NCBI GenBank assembly: GCA_000708835.1
Contig: DF236990.1
Coordinates: 1-64,000 of the forward strand
DNA length: 64,000 nt
Reading direction: 5' to 3'
Source of the DNA: Klebsormidium nitens
Taxonomy: Eukaryota > Plantae > Klebsormidiophyceae
The translations under genes and the position numbers were made by a program. The notes beneath the pieces were generated by a model. That model did no database searches, was not told the origin of the DNA, and saw only the letters and a program-made list of their open reading frames with translations. Below are positions 1 through 11,545 of this stretch, one piece after another (the first letter of the stretch is position 1; each line of letters opens with the position of its first letter).

Positions 1-975
1 ATAGGTAGCTTGTGTGCATGCACTTCAAGGCTTTTGATGCGAGGCAGCATATGGTGGCACATGTGCAAAAATCCATGCATCTTTCGAGAGGATACGCGTC
101 CAAATATTCAAAAGATCGCGCAAGTACTATGCATGCCGCTACCGTATACAGCGGGCCTGTTCATGGCGTGCTGTCGGACGGTCACTTGCAGCTGGCATGC
201 ATGCAATGATTGCTGTTGACGGCCATCATTAGCCCGTGGTGCACAAAATCATCGACGAGCTCATATACATTCTTCAAAGATTAATTGTGCATGATGTTTG
301 CAATTTCTCAGTCTAGCTCATGCCGGTAATTCGAGACATCATCAGTCAGGGTCTTGGGGCAACGTCCCGAAGCTTCCGACAGTTGGCCCGTGAATCCATG
401 CAGGACGGTCCCAGTGGCGATCAGGCGTGCTTATAGACCATTGCTCCACTGACGTTGGTCATGCACATGTACCTATTCGTCGGGCAGTGATGGCACCAAG
501 TCACTCTGACGGTATTGTTAATGATCAACGACGTACGGCTCGCCGATCTGTTAAAGTTCAAAAAGCTAGCCCAACATTTGAGGAACTCTACAAGAGTGCA
601 TTGAGCCATTAAGATAGCGTCATCAGATGCTAAAATAATAAGTGCAGTGCCTGTCAGCAATCAATCAGGTAAGAAGGTTGGGTCGGACACAGTCAATTAG
701 TGACACCAATCCTTGCATATCGCAAGCTTGCAAGTTCTGGCGAAGAAAAGTCGCACTGAAAGACTCCCGTTCGAGAAAAGACTCAACTCCGTATGAAGTT
801 GTTGACCATTTTTGACCAACGAGCAATAAATACGACCGACAATCTGGACCGGTAAACTTGAGGGCGATTCTAGTTAGCGAGGGGATGTCCAACTGGTTAA
901 ATCACTTCAGTTAGGCTTGTTCCGCCTTGCAGCAAGCGGCAAGCGCACGCTTTCTAAAAGACACGCTGTTACCAT

Positions 976-3900
976 CTAAGGAAGAGTCACATTGGCCGTG
1001 ATGTTAGCTGCCGGAGCAAGGGGGCAAGCGACGACGGTCACAGGCTTGGTCGAGTTGGCGTTGCGCAGGCACTGAGCAGGGTCAGCGACAATGATGGTCT
1101 CGTTCTGTAGGGGACGAAAGAAACGTTTAGAGAAAAAGCGGCGCAAACTTTAGCTAAAGGTGGTGTGTGCTTGCACGCATCCGCAATTCGGATGGGTTCA
1201 ATGAGGTCCAAAATATCAGAAGGGCAGCCAAATAGCGCGTCTGTTTTCGGCACCGACTCCACTCCTTTTCTAGTGCACCCACACGTCAACAAGCATCCGA
1301 TTGACGGTTTTACTGGATCAAGGTTGACCTCCCGCACTAATGCGTTTTCTCAGTATCTGTTTTCCGCAGCCTACTGTACGGCCGCCGAAGAGCCGTAAGG
1401 AACAGCCGCCACTGATTGCAAAATTAGCGCCCAGAAAAAGGCGTGAAATACACATTTACGCCAATTCGCTGCTTCAGCGCTCGCCCCGGTCCTTGCCCCC
1501 AAAGGAGGAAGCTTTCTCGTAGTATCCGGTTCACGAATCCTTTTGTTTCTTCATCACCTCAACGGGGGTGACACTTTCGCTCCTCAAAAGGTAATCAGAG
1601 AGTAGGAAAACCCACGATGTCGGGTTTGGTACCCCGAATTCCGTGGTACGAGACCCGTCGAAACAAGGAGTACTCCGAAGCGACGAAATGGGAGCGCATG
1701 CACTTTCCTCCACTGCGTTCCTCGCTGCACTGCTTGCTGCCCTCAAAATACTAAACCAAACTTTCGAGAGCAGAAGAAGTCCAAATAGCTTGCCTGGGCG
1801 ACGTTGCGGAAGAAGGTGTGCGTGGTGTTGGTGCCCCAGAAGGCGCTGATGAGGTCCTGCAGCACGACCTGAGGCTCGGCCACCGCCTCCTCGAACCACG
1901 CTGCGTAGAGAGAGGCTCCTTTTGGACAGACTGAACGCGTGAAGGCGTTTCAATTGAATCTTGTCGGCACCTTCAGATGAAGGGGCGCAGAGGTACGGGG
2001 GAATGCCGAGCCGCTGCCTAGGTTTGCCAGTCGAGAGGTGCCCGCGCCGCAAAATAAAGACTTCGTGGAGTGCGTCTGATATGAGACCGCCTTTACCGTT
2101 CCCTGTCAAAGGCTTGCAAAAGCACGGTCGCCCTGTTGATGTCAACGTGCGCAAGAAACAACGAGGATACAGATGAGTGGTCTGTCAAACAGCCGTGACT
2201 ATCCATCGTCCTGCTTTTCGACCGCAACCCCGCTCCGTTGAGTTGCAGCTAAACCTCGCGGATGCTTTGAAACCTTCCTTTGCTTTTTATCCCAGAGGGC
2301 TTCGAAGCAGTCCCGCTCGCCCAATCTCAGTTTCGGGAGCTTTGCACGGTCGGACGTCGTATAAAACGATATCCAGGCAAACGCAAGACAAGTTGTATAA
2401 CTGTCTTACTCACCAAGTCCTCCGGTGCCGCCAGGGCTGACCGTCTTGTCCTCCCTCCAAACCTGTCTGTTGGTGACGAACGCAGGAGGGTTGGCGGTTC
2501 CGTTCAGCCTGGCATTAGCCAGGAACTTCGCGATTGTGTACGTGGAGGGGTCTGCGGCGTAAGACTCGTCAATGACGACGGTCACGTTCTGCAGGGAAAC
2601 AGGTACCGCTAATTAAATTTCCCGGTTGAGTTAACTGGCTTGAGTCCAGGTTTTGCGACTGAATGAAGCGGCTTGAGTGAGGGTTTCACGGCTAAGTGAC
2701 CCGCTTGAAACCAGGTTTCGCGGTTGAGTTAAGGCTGAGTCGGGGTTTCGCGCCTAAGTTATCGGCTGAAGCCAAGGTTTCCGCGGCCCACACAACCGAC
2801 TTGCGTTCACGAGAACTTAGAAGTACGGAAGACGTTGCTTTCTCGTGTTCGATTAAGAAATCAATGATACGGATAATCAGGATCATTCGCATGATTTTCG
2901 AGACTTGAGAGTAGGGTCAGCACGAGTTTCGTCTTTTCCGTTCGTTGTCGTAACGGTTGGAAGGCGAGACAACCTTGTAAATACTAGAAAATGACCTCAC
3001 GAAAGACGTCAGTTGCGAAGAATTCTCGGAGTCTGCATTTCACTCAGCATCAAACCTGCAAGTTTCTGGAGCAGACAAACAGCTCAATGCAGATCGCCTC
3101 AAAGCGAGCAGACAAATGCAAAGAATACAACCATCACTCGCTGAGAGTCCTATACCTGGAGGGCAGTCTGGAAGGCGGTGATTTCGGTCGCGTTTGCGGA
3201 CAGGTTGTATGACCGGTAGGAAGAGTTGGGCAGGTTGGCACCCCCCGCGTCGGCAGTCAGGAGGAGCTTGTAGGTGGCGTTGGAAATGGTCCAAACGTTC
3301 TGCAGAAAGCATATAAAGGTTCCAAACCCTTTCTTGATCGTAGATATTGGGAGTACGAGAGCAATCAAGTCACACAAGTGCTTTAGACCGTCTGAACCTT
3401 CAAAGCTGCGACTGCTCCTTTCTATCAAACTACCGGTACACGGGTTCGAGGGTTGTGACTCTCTTGAGGTATGCGAAGCTCGGTAACACTTCCACGCAGC
3501 TGAGTAGATGAGTGCAAGGACGCAAATGAAATGCTCGGAGGCTGCCAAGGAACTTTGTGCATCTTCATGACAAATTTGAGGCTTCATGAACGGGCCACGA
3601 TTGTTAACCGACCTGGTAATAGTTGACCCAGGCAACCACCGGCTTGTTGGTCCTGTTGGCATAAGCAGTGCGCTGGCAGTTGTACAGCGTAGCAATCTGC
3701 ACAAGAATATGGAGATCCCCTTAGCGTCAAATATGCCAGGCTGCTGTTTGCAGAATCAGTGGGTTGAGATCACTTTGGTCAACGTGGACTTGCACTAATT
3801 TGACCCAAGGGGGGAGAACGGGGCGTGGACCTTTCCAAAGCGGATCTTGACAATTTGTGTCTTTGAAACGCAGTCCCTGTGCTTCAGAGAAATGAAAAGG

Positions 3901-5985
3901 CAATCTGCTGGATCAGACCGGCTGAGAATGGCATTGAAACCATAAGAAGGCAGAAAGAAACTGTTTACTTATTAGCTGTGTCTTAACACACGACAGTACA
4001 TATAACACACACATGGATGGTACTCACAAAATTCGCCCAACTCTTCCTGTTAGACAATACAGCAAGTCAACATCAGTGGCTATCCACTGAGTTGATGTGG
4101 AAGGGTGGAAATCGCATCAGGGAGCACGCCCAACAAGGCTTACCTCATCATAGATGGTCTTCGCTTCGGGCTCCAGGTTGAAGAACAGGGCAATGTACTT
4201 GATCCACTCGGCTCTCTGCAGAGTTGAGCGAAAGATGCGCTCACACCATATCTAGCAACAGAACTGCGAATAGAACTTTGCTTTACCGCTGCCCAGCTTT
4301 GCTCTACGAGGAAGTGCAGAAAAGAAGCCCCTTTCTCTATTCGCTTCCATGCAGCATGGGCATAAGAGTCAAGAGCACAACAGTAGACAATCAGCAAGGT
4401 CAACAGGACTAAGGGAGCGAAGGAGCAAGCTACTGCTCTTACCTTCAGCGGGCCAGGGTCGGACGTAGCGTCGACCTGGATCCACAGCGAGTTGTTGGAC
4501 GCCTTCTGGCTGGACTTGAAGACACCAGCCAGAGTGGCTTCCTGCTGAGCAATCAGGGTCCTGTTGGCTGGGAAAGACGTGTCGAACGAGCTGATGGCGG
4601 ACTCGTTGACGAGCTTGAGAATGCAGGGGGAGGTGATGTAGGTGGGGTCGATGTACTTGAGGGCGCTCTGGATACCGAGCAGCTGTAGAAAGGACAACGA
4701 GGAGAAAATAGGTGGTGAGAAGAAAATAGGTACTGTTACATGTTTGGACTTTGTCACTACAAAGTTCAAAGATTGGAAAGGGTGTGTTGAACTTGGAAAT
4801 GGTTGCAGTCGTAAGCAGGATGGCCTGTAGGACCACTGACCGGGCCCCTGATGCCACCAAGCGCTTGCTAGCGGCTTCAAACGGCTTTTGCAGATGATAG
4901 AATCTTCTTCAAATAATCACAATAATCTACAATGACTCGGAGGAGGAAGACATTCACGACTGGTTTTCTCACGAGGACAATCATTCATGCATGCATAACA
5001 GAAGCATGTTTGTTTGCCTGGTTAAAAATCCAAGTGATTGCTGGTAAGAGCGGAAACTGGCACTCACCTCAATGAAACCCACTGTGATGGATTGGGGACA
5101 AAGGGTTGGGGAGAAGCAACCACACACAAGAGCGTCAGTTAACATATGATGCAGAGTGCACGCCGAGCAGCATTCTACTGGCGCCTTTGAGGACCCATAG
5201 ACTTTCTTGACTGGCAGTAGCCTCCGTGACACCATAGCCTCAGTATATCGTTTGACAGATGATCAATGTGTTTTGAAACCAAGGGTGGCCTTCAGATGCA
5301 CATTGCCTTCTCATCTCAGAATATGATACTGATCGTGCAGCTTACATTGATTCCCTGGAACAGATGGTTACAGGAGGCACAAGCCTGAGCAGCGGCGAGA
5401 GTCTTAGCGACAGAGAGTACCCTACCTGGCACAGTGGAATCAGTCCCAATGGCAGCAAGGGGAATCTGGAAGACCTTGTTGGAGGCCGGCCGGTAGTTAG
5501 GCCTGGGTGTCCCACACTGCATCACAGGGTTCAAATTGTAACATCCAATCTGGAAAATTGTTCAAACTGTCTCTTTGCTGTTGCGTTCAGTCTCTGGTGG
5601 TTTGCCACACAATCACATGAAAGCCTTGGACACCAGATTACAAGGCCACGTCATTACAATCCAGGACAAGATGCCCCCGCGAGTGTCAATGCACATGATG
5701 AGGAGAAGGTCAGACTGAGGACCATACCTGGTACCCAACGTAGGTCTCGTTCACGAAAGAATCAGTGATGACCTTGAATGTAGCATTGTATTGCACACTG
5801 AAGTCCTGTGCCATCACAGGGTTGGATCCTAGAGGGATCGAGTACACGTCAATCTGATAGAGCGCTGGAAAGTAGTTGGTGGAAGTGTTGAAACTGGACA
5901 CGCAACCAATGGTCCTTGGGCCCTGAGCCAAGGCGCCACCACTGGCAGCCAGCAGAAGGATCGCGAGCAGGTTGAAGACAGCCAT
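976..5985 (-). CDS. CBA1: Cobalamin acquisition protein 1-like (secreted periplasmic-binding-protein fold, Fe/B12 substrate-binding family), 10 exons, 437 aa
   Basis: Exons: 5985-5728, 5516-5426, 5081-5068, 4682-4443, 4215-4144, 3696-3613, 3299-3156, 2588-2414, 1900-1794, 1104-976 (1314 nt, phases consistent). Signal peptide MAVFNLLAILLLAASGGALAQ. Family-like motifs: FSVQYNATFKVI..NETYVGYQCGTP, DPGPLKRAEWIKYIALFFNLE, PVVAW, WFEEAVAEPQVVLQDLI..FFRNVA. Family recognised from memory, not by database search. Confidence 0.8.
2637..2790. repeat. Degenerate ~31-33 bp minisatellite in CBA1 intron 7
   Basis: About five units of the form GGCT(T)GA-GTCCAGGTTT-(T/C)GCG-GCT(A/G)AGT, e.g. ggcttgagtccaggttttgcgactgaatgaagc / ggcttgagtgagggtttcacggctaagtgaccc / ggctgagtcggggtttcgcgcctaagttatc. 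Confidence 0.6.
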
Positions 5986-5990
5986 TATTG

Positions 5991-6316
5991 CTGCAGAAGA
6001 AAGAAAACCATCGATGAAAGGAGAATCTGACGAGGTTGCTGGCACGCACAGCTGGCTGGCATATATGGCAGCGCACATCTTAGAATGGTGACGCTGAGCA
6101 ACCATGAGAAGTGGCCAAGAAGCCGCGCCGTTGCTCCCATTAAAAAGGTACGAACATGGACAGGTTGCCTGCCAAAATGATAAGTGGTGGTGCGGGGCTG
6201 TGCGGCCTGAGAAAACCATTACCAAGCAGCCTGTAAGGAAGGCATTCTTTCTCCTGCAATACAAGCTCAAAACCATGAGGATCACTCGACATTCATTATT
6301 TTGTTGATAGACCTAC
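5991..6316 (-). other. Probable 5'-UTR intron of CBA1
   Basis: Minus-strand donor AAG|GTAGGT at 6316 and acceptor TTTTCTTTCTTCTGCAG at 5991, 5 nt before the ATG. Confidence 0.55.
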
Positions 6317-6725
6317 CTTAAAGAGCTTACAACAGGCAAATTTTCACGGACCCCAATCCGCCTGTCTCAAACCCCCTGATTTCAAGCTTGTTTGCTGCAA
6401 TGTTGTGAAGAAGAATGCAATGCTGCCCAGAGGTTCATGAGCAGATTTCTTGATCGATGCACTGGTGCAGCAGGAGCAATGATGCTGCTCAAGCAATGTA
6501 GATCATGCGCCCAATGCTTATCGAACGGCCACGTCTTCTCCGAGGACGCAAATTGCGGTGGATCGAACGGCCAGGAATTGCCAGATTACAGTCTACGATA
6601 TGCTCGTCAAGATTGGGGATGATTTACTATGATACCCACTGACTTTCCCCGGGTTCAGTATGTAGCCTGTCTCGACTCCGTGTCTCAATCGCTCGATTGC
6701 GCACCGGTTGTCCTTGCACAAGTTG

Positions 6726-7153
6726 GGGTACCGTCACTTTGAAGTGGCACCCGGTTAGGTATTTTAGAGGCACTTTGGCTGGAGGGTCTCAAGCCCCCCC
6801 CCCCTCCCGGCCTTGCCTTCACAGAAACGGTCAAGGCCCCGGTCCAAAGAGCCACCACCCGAGTGATTTTTTGGACATAAGCACTATCGTATGCATAATT
6901 TCGCCCCTTTTTACCGTTGAAAAGTGCTTCTTCTATACATCCATGGTATACCATCTCAGACCCGTGGGCTAAAAGATAATATATTAGCATGAAAAAGCAT
7001 GTATTCCAGCTAAAATCCGGCTGGGGCTTCGCCGCAAGCCAAAGGCCTTTAGGCCCCCCCCCCTCCCCGCCTTCGGCTGGCTGAAGCAACTCAAGCCCCC
7101 CCCCCCAACAGAACACCTAATAAAGGGGGTGCCACTTCAAAGTGACGGTACCC
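6726..7153. mobile_element. PIF/Harbinger (Tourist-like) MITE, 428 bp
   Basis: Perfect 27-bp terminal inverted repeats GGGTACCGTCACTTTGAAGTGGCACCC (6726-6752) and its reverse complement (7127-7153). Flanked by TTG on both sides (3-bp TSD). No transposase. Internal C-runs. Confidence 0.85.
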
Positions 7154-7805
7154 TTGCAGGCCTAGGTTTTAGCTAGGCTATAGCCTATATAGCTGAACAC
7201 AGAAGGTGACGTACAGCTGGCCGACGGACTCCAGACTCCGGCCAGCCTCTCGGTACGCCGTACCGACCACTCAAGCGAGCCCCGGGCTTGCTAACCGGTC
7301 GTCAGTGTTGACTCGATATCAGGATCTCGTGCCAAGTCACGTTTCTTCTCAGATTGCCGGAAGTGGGATGCTGTCTAGGGTTTGACAAAGGCGCCTTGGC
7401 CTTTGTCTTTAGTCTGCAACGGAAGCTCATCAGGAGAGGGGCGTCCTGCATTCTTGGGGTACGATTCTCTGTACATGAAGGAGAAGAGAGCATTGAAGCA
7501 TCAACACTGAGCTTGTAAGTGTTGTGGGGCTTTCTTCTTGGGGTTGTCGTTTCAGAGTCTGAAGCAAGTAAGGGCCGCGCAGGTTTCACATCCGTTGGCC
7601 CCGTATGTGGAATACTTCAATGTAATAGACAGTAACAGAAGGGAACGCTTGTGGCTGAAAGCCTGTACATAGCTAAGTTCAGTAAGAGGACTGCTGGACT
7701 GCAGGCGCTCGAGGTCTCTAAGGGGTCTAAGGGGGTTGGCACTTTCTTGGGGGGAGGCAAGGAGGAACATGGCAAGTTGACAAATTGTTGTGTGTGGCAG
7801 AAAAC

Positions 7806-10047
7806 ATGTCAGGTGAGAGACTTTTATGGACCTTAGTCTGTCAGAGATTTCACAACACAAATACTGCCGGTGTCCGGTGGACGTGAAACAGGTTCATAAA
7901 CACGTGTTCTGTTATGTTGAAGACTTTCACTTCTTCAGCCAACTTCTGCACATAGGCTTTTGTGAACCTTCTTCAAGCCTCTAATAGTTCTAGGTATTCC
8001 CTCTAAAGCAAAAAGCTTGAGCATTCACATGCTTTCGACATGGCAGTAGGGGAGTCTCTATGTAAGGGTTTCTTCTATCAGCATCCGTTAAGTTTTGGAT
8101 GAGTTCAGCATGCAGGTCTGCATGAGTCTGGTTCTTCTATGTGAGCATCAGCAGCCTTCTCGTTTGCAAACTTGCAAATGTTTGACCTGCATGACCTGTG
8201 CCGTACTAGCGTTTGCTGAGGTTAGGGTTCTCAGCTTCTACTGTGCGATTTGCATGTCCTGGTTAGCTAAGTTTGCTTACCTAACGGTTTCCAATGCATC
8301 TTTTGTACTGTTAAACTTTGACCGGTCAAGCATGCGGCTATTCAAGCAGCAATAAGATCAAGAGATTGTGGTTGACCTGGATAAAAGAGTAACCTTTGTG
8401 GATGGAATCCATTGCTATCACCACTGATAGGTTTTTACCAACATTCCTGCTCATAGAGTTGCGTATGATCATTGTATTTTACCTGTCATTGACCGGTTGT
8501 AGTTGATTCTACAGCTCCTGCAGGTTTTAGGTTTTTGAAGATGGTTAGATGGCTCAAGTTCTTTGATTAGTGTTATGAGCAACGTACTCATATTGTCGTC
8601 ATAAGCATTATATCACTTTGCCCTGAATCATATTCCTTACATTTTTGTCCAGGCCCTCCTCGTCCCAAACCTTGGGAACGGGCCGGTGCAACCACGGCAG
8701 AAGGGTCTCCATTCACATCCTCCCCTGGTGCTGCTGATGATAAGCTTCTGGATGGCCGCACGGGAACTACTTCAAACGCAGTTGCCGGGACTAGTGGGAG
8801 CATTTTAGGGACAGACCAACCCCGGAGGCCCTGGGAAACTCAAACAGGCGCTTATGGCGCAGGGGGCTATGGCATAAGAAGGACTGGCCTGGGTGTAGGA
8901 ACGTCCACTTATGGTTCATATGGGAGCACCGGCTATGGCGCGGGGGGTTATGGCAGCAGCTACGGCGGGGGGGGATATGGAATGAGTTCGGGCTACTCCA
9001 GATATGGCGGCATGGGGAGCAGCTATGGAGGGGGTTTAGGGGGATACGGGGGGGGTAGTATGTACGGCTCACAATATGGAGGGGGGATGGGCACGTATGG
9101 TTCAGCGGGGTACGGAGGGGGTATGGGGATGGGAATGGGAATGGGAATGGGAATGGGAGGAATGGGAATGGGTCCGATGGGTGGGCAAATGGGGGGTGAT
9201 CCAAACGATCCGAATAACCTCCCCCCTCAGCAGCCCCCTGCCTCGTGGATGGTGCTCCTCCAGAGCCTCGGCAACATCGTCGGCTTCTTCAGCCGCATCT
9301 CGTTCCTGGTTGCTGCAAACACGGACGCGTTGAACAACTTCATGTCAGCGCTTCTCTTTGTGAGTTGGTGCCCCAGAAACTTCTTAGAGTAGGCATTTGC
9401 TTTTGCAAGAGCGCTGGCTGGCTTTGTCCATTTCTGGTTGGACGTGATGCAAGTATCTTGAGTTCCTGGCTTTTCGTCCTCATTTCAAATTTTGCTCAGG
9501 CACGTTTCTTCCTCCCGGCTTGCATGATCGCATCAAGCCTTTTTACGAATTGACCCTGGGACAGACATTTTTTGCTGCGGATAGTTCTCCTTGCAGAATG
9601 ATGCCGTCAGAAGCGTCTATTTGCGACTCTTATTCGCGACTGGCCGCGGTCCAGAGGTTCCAATCTGTCGGACCCCAACCCATCTGTTTTGCTGCTCCTC
9701 TGCTACTCGGAATTCCTCGTGCAGCCAAGTGGTCCAATCCGTGTGCTTACGTTGTCCTCTTCTCCGCGCAGCTATTTGATCGCGGCGGCCATCTCTACAG
9801 TGAGCTTGCTCACTTTGTGTTCAAGATCCTCTTTGGCAAACTTTTTGGTCGGAGGGGCCGGCAACTCCCGGGCCCCCGGCAATCCCGGACGGAGGGCCCT
9901 GCCATTGAGGGAACGAAATCTGTGCCTTTGCTCGAGGGTGCAAAGTCAGCACAGCCGATGCAGAGAGCCGCTCCAGGGCAGAGAGCCGCTCCAGCGCAGG
10001 GAGCCGCGCCGCCTTGGGAGAACATCTGGTCCGGAAAAGGGCAATAG
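7806..10047 (+). CDS. PEX13: Peroxisomal membrane protein PEX13 (plant type), 3 coding exons, 329 aa
   Basis: Exons: 7806-7812 (ATGTCAG|GTGAGA), 8653-9359, 9772-10047 (990 nt). Protein: MSGPPRPKPWE, second PRRPWE motif, long Gly/Tyr/Met-rich region with (GM)n, DPNDP..PP..W, NFMSALL-LFDRGGHLYSELAHFV, terminal WENIW. Matches the Arabidopsis PEX13 architecture. Confidence 0.92.
9961..10014 (+). repeat. 18-bp x3 coding tandem repeat in PEX13 (QRAAPG/QRAAPA/QGAAPP)
   Basis: cagagagccgctccaggg cagagagccgctccagcg cagggagccgcgccgcct. Confidence 0.85.
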
Positions 10048-11545
10048 GGCGGTTGGGAGCGCTTACTGGCATGTGTGGCCAGGTGCTTTGAACACTTCGT
10101 TGGTTGCCGTGAGCGAACAGTGCATGCAGGATAGAGGAACAAGCTTCTTGCTTGATTCTTATACGGTGTTGAGGTAATGATGATACCATCAAGTTGAAAC
10201 AACCTCACTAGAATGTCCTATAGGCGCCCACTCAGAATTTGTCCGAGCAGACAGGGAATTAGCGCAGGTTCTGATCTAGGTTGACCCACAAGCATACGTA
10301 TTTGCACCGCAATTGGTTGGTTAGCTTTAATCGTCTTGCCAAATTGTGAATCCAGCTTGCACATGCAGAAGCGTTTCGTGGCTGCGCTGTCAATCAATAC
10401 ATTTGAACGCGACAACGGTCGCAGAGAAGCACCAAGCCTCATTGTGGAGGATGCGCGGCGCCGGGTCATGTGACACCTGTATGGTTTTTGCGGTATTTGT
10501 ATGTGACTGCGCGCATGAAGTAAACAGGCTATGGTACTTCGGTATATGTGGTTGAAACCCGTATGTGGGGCCCGCCCGCGGGTATATATGCAATGTCGGA
10601 TGCATGGTTCCGCCACTGACGGTTGACCTAGGAATTAGTGCTCAGTAGGCGCTCGAACAGTGCATGCATGACGTACTGATATGGGCCGCGGCCGGGCCAT
10701 CCGACACTTCGGAGCCTGTGCACCGGGCCGCCGGCCATGGCCATGAATCTATTAATACGGATCGAGCTCTGAATCTAGCCTGCATGCTGCTGCCGCCCTA
10801 CTAGGGCCCCGGCGCGCGGCGCCGCGCACATCAAATTGAGTCACCATCATAATATATATATACGTATATATCATGTGGCCCGTGGCAAGTCATCAGTAGC
10901 TGTAGCATATATAAGAGCATATATATATATGGTTGCAGCGTATGTTCGCCTGTACCATGCAATAATTCAGTGCGTGCGCCCTCGATGGCATGGCCGCCTG
11001 GCAGCGCCAATTTGATAATCGATCTATACTATTATAGTACCATGAGCGGCCACAATTATCGAAAATTGAAAAAGAGTCCTTAAGCCTGTGATCATTCAAT
11101 CTAGGACACGTGAAGCGCGAGCTGATCATGCATAAATTCATATTGATGCAATGAAGCAGCTGCATATGAAGTCATGCATGGTCACTATTGCTACTATACG
11201 GTTTGCTACCATGACTAGCTGCATTAACGTGCAGTGGTTCCGCAGATTGATAGTCTTGATGACGTCCAGCATGCGTAGGCGGCCCCGCCCATGTCTTAAC
11301 CTCGCAAGATGCAGGCCCCAACAGCAGACTTGAGGGCCCCCACTCGTTGCGATTGTGAACACGCATGATGTCTGGCCGGTCGGATGAGCGCCCCGCTGCT
11401 AGACTTTGATCAGTTGATTCTGCTATAAGGGCTTTGATTTCGACCTTTCCGAATCAGGCTGGGACGATTCGAGGATTGAAGCAGGCCGGAAAGCAAACTC
11501 TATGAACCTGCAACAGATTCACCTCAAGAAGACTAGAACCGAGTC

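Noticed and set aside
10-219. RPNIQKIAQVL resembling kinase subdomain XI
   Set aside because: A single short motif at the window edge inside a palindrome-rich island, with no other kinase motifs.
665-892. ORF with a vaguely F-box-like start (DIPSLTRIAL..LLLVGQKW)
   Set aside because: It has no ATG, is out of frame with the next ORF, and lies directly downstream of the CBA1 stop, so it is likely 3' UTR.
5986-6720. Possible cobalamin riboswitch upstream of CBA1
   Set aside because: I could not find the B12-box or core elements by eye. An Infernal search with Rfam cobalamin models would be decisive.
5991-7805. Acceptor sites 4-10 nt before several start codons, suggesting trans-splicing
   Set aside because: Good upstream GT donors exist (6316 for CBA1, 7568 for PEX13), so ordinary 5'-UTR introns explain them.
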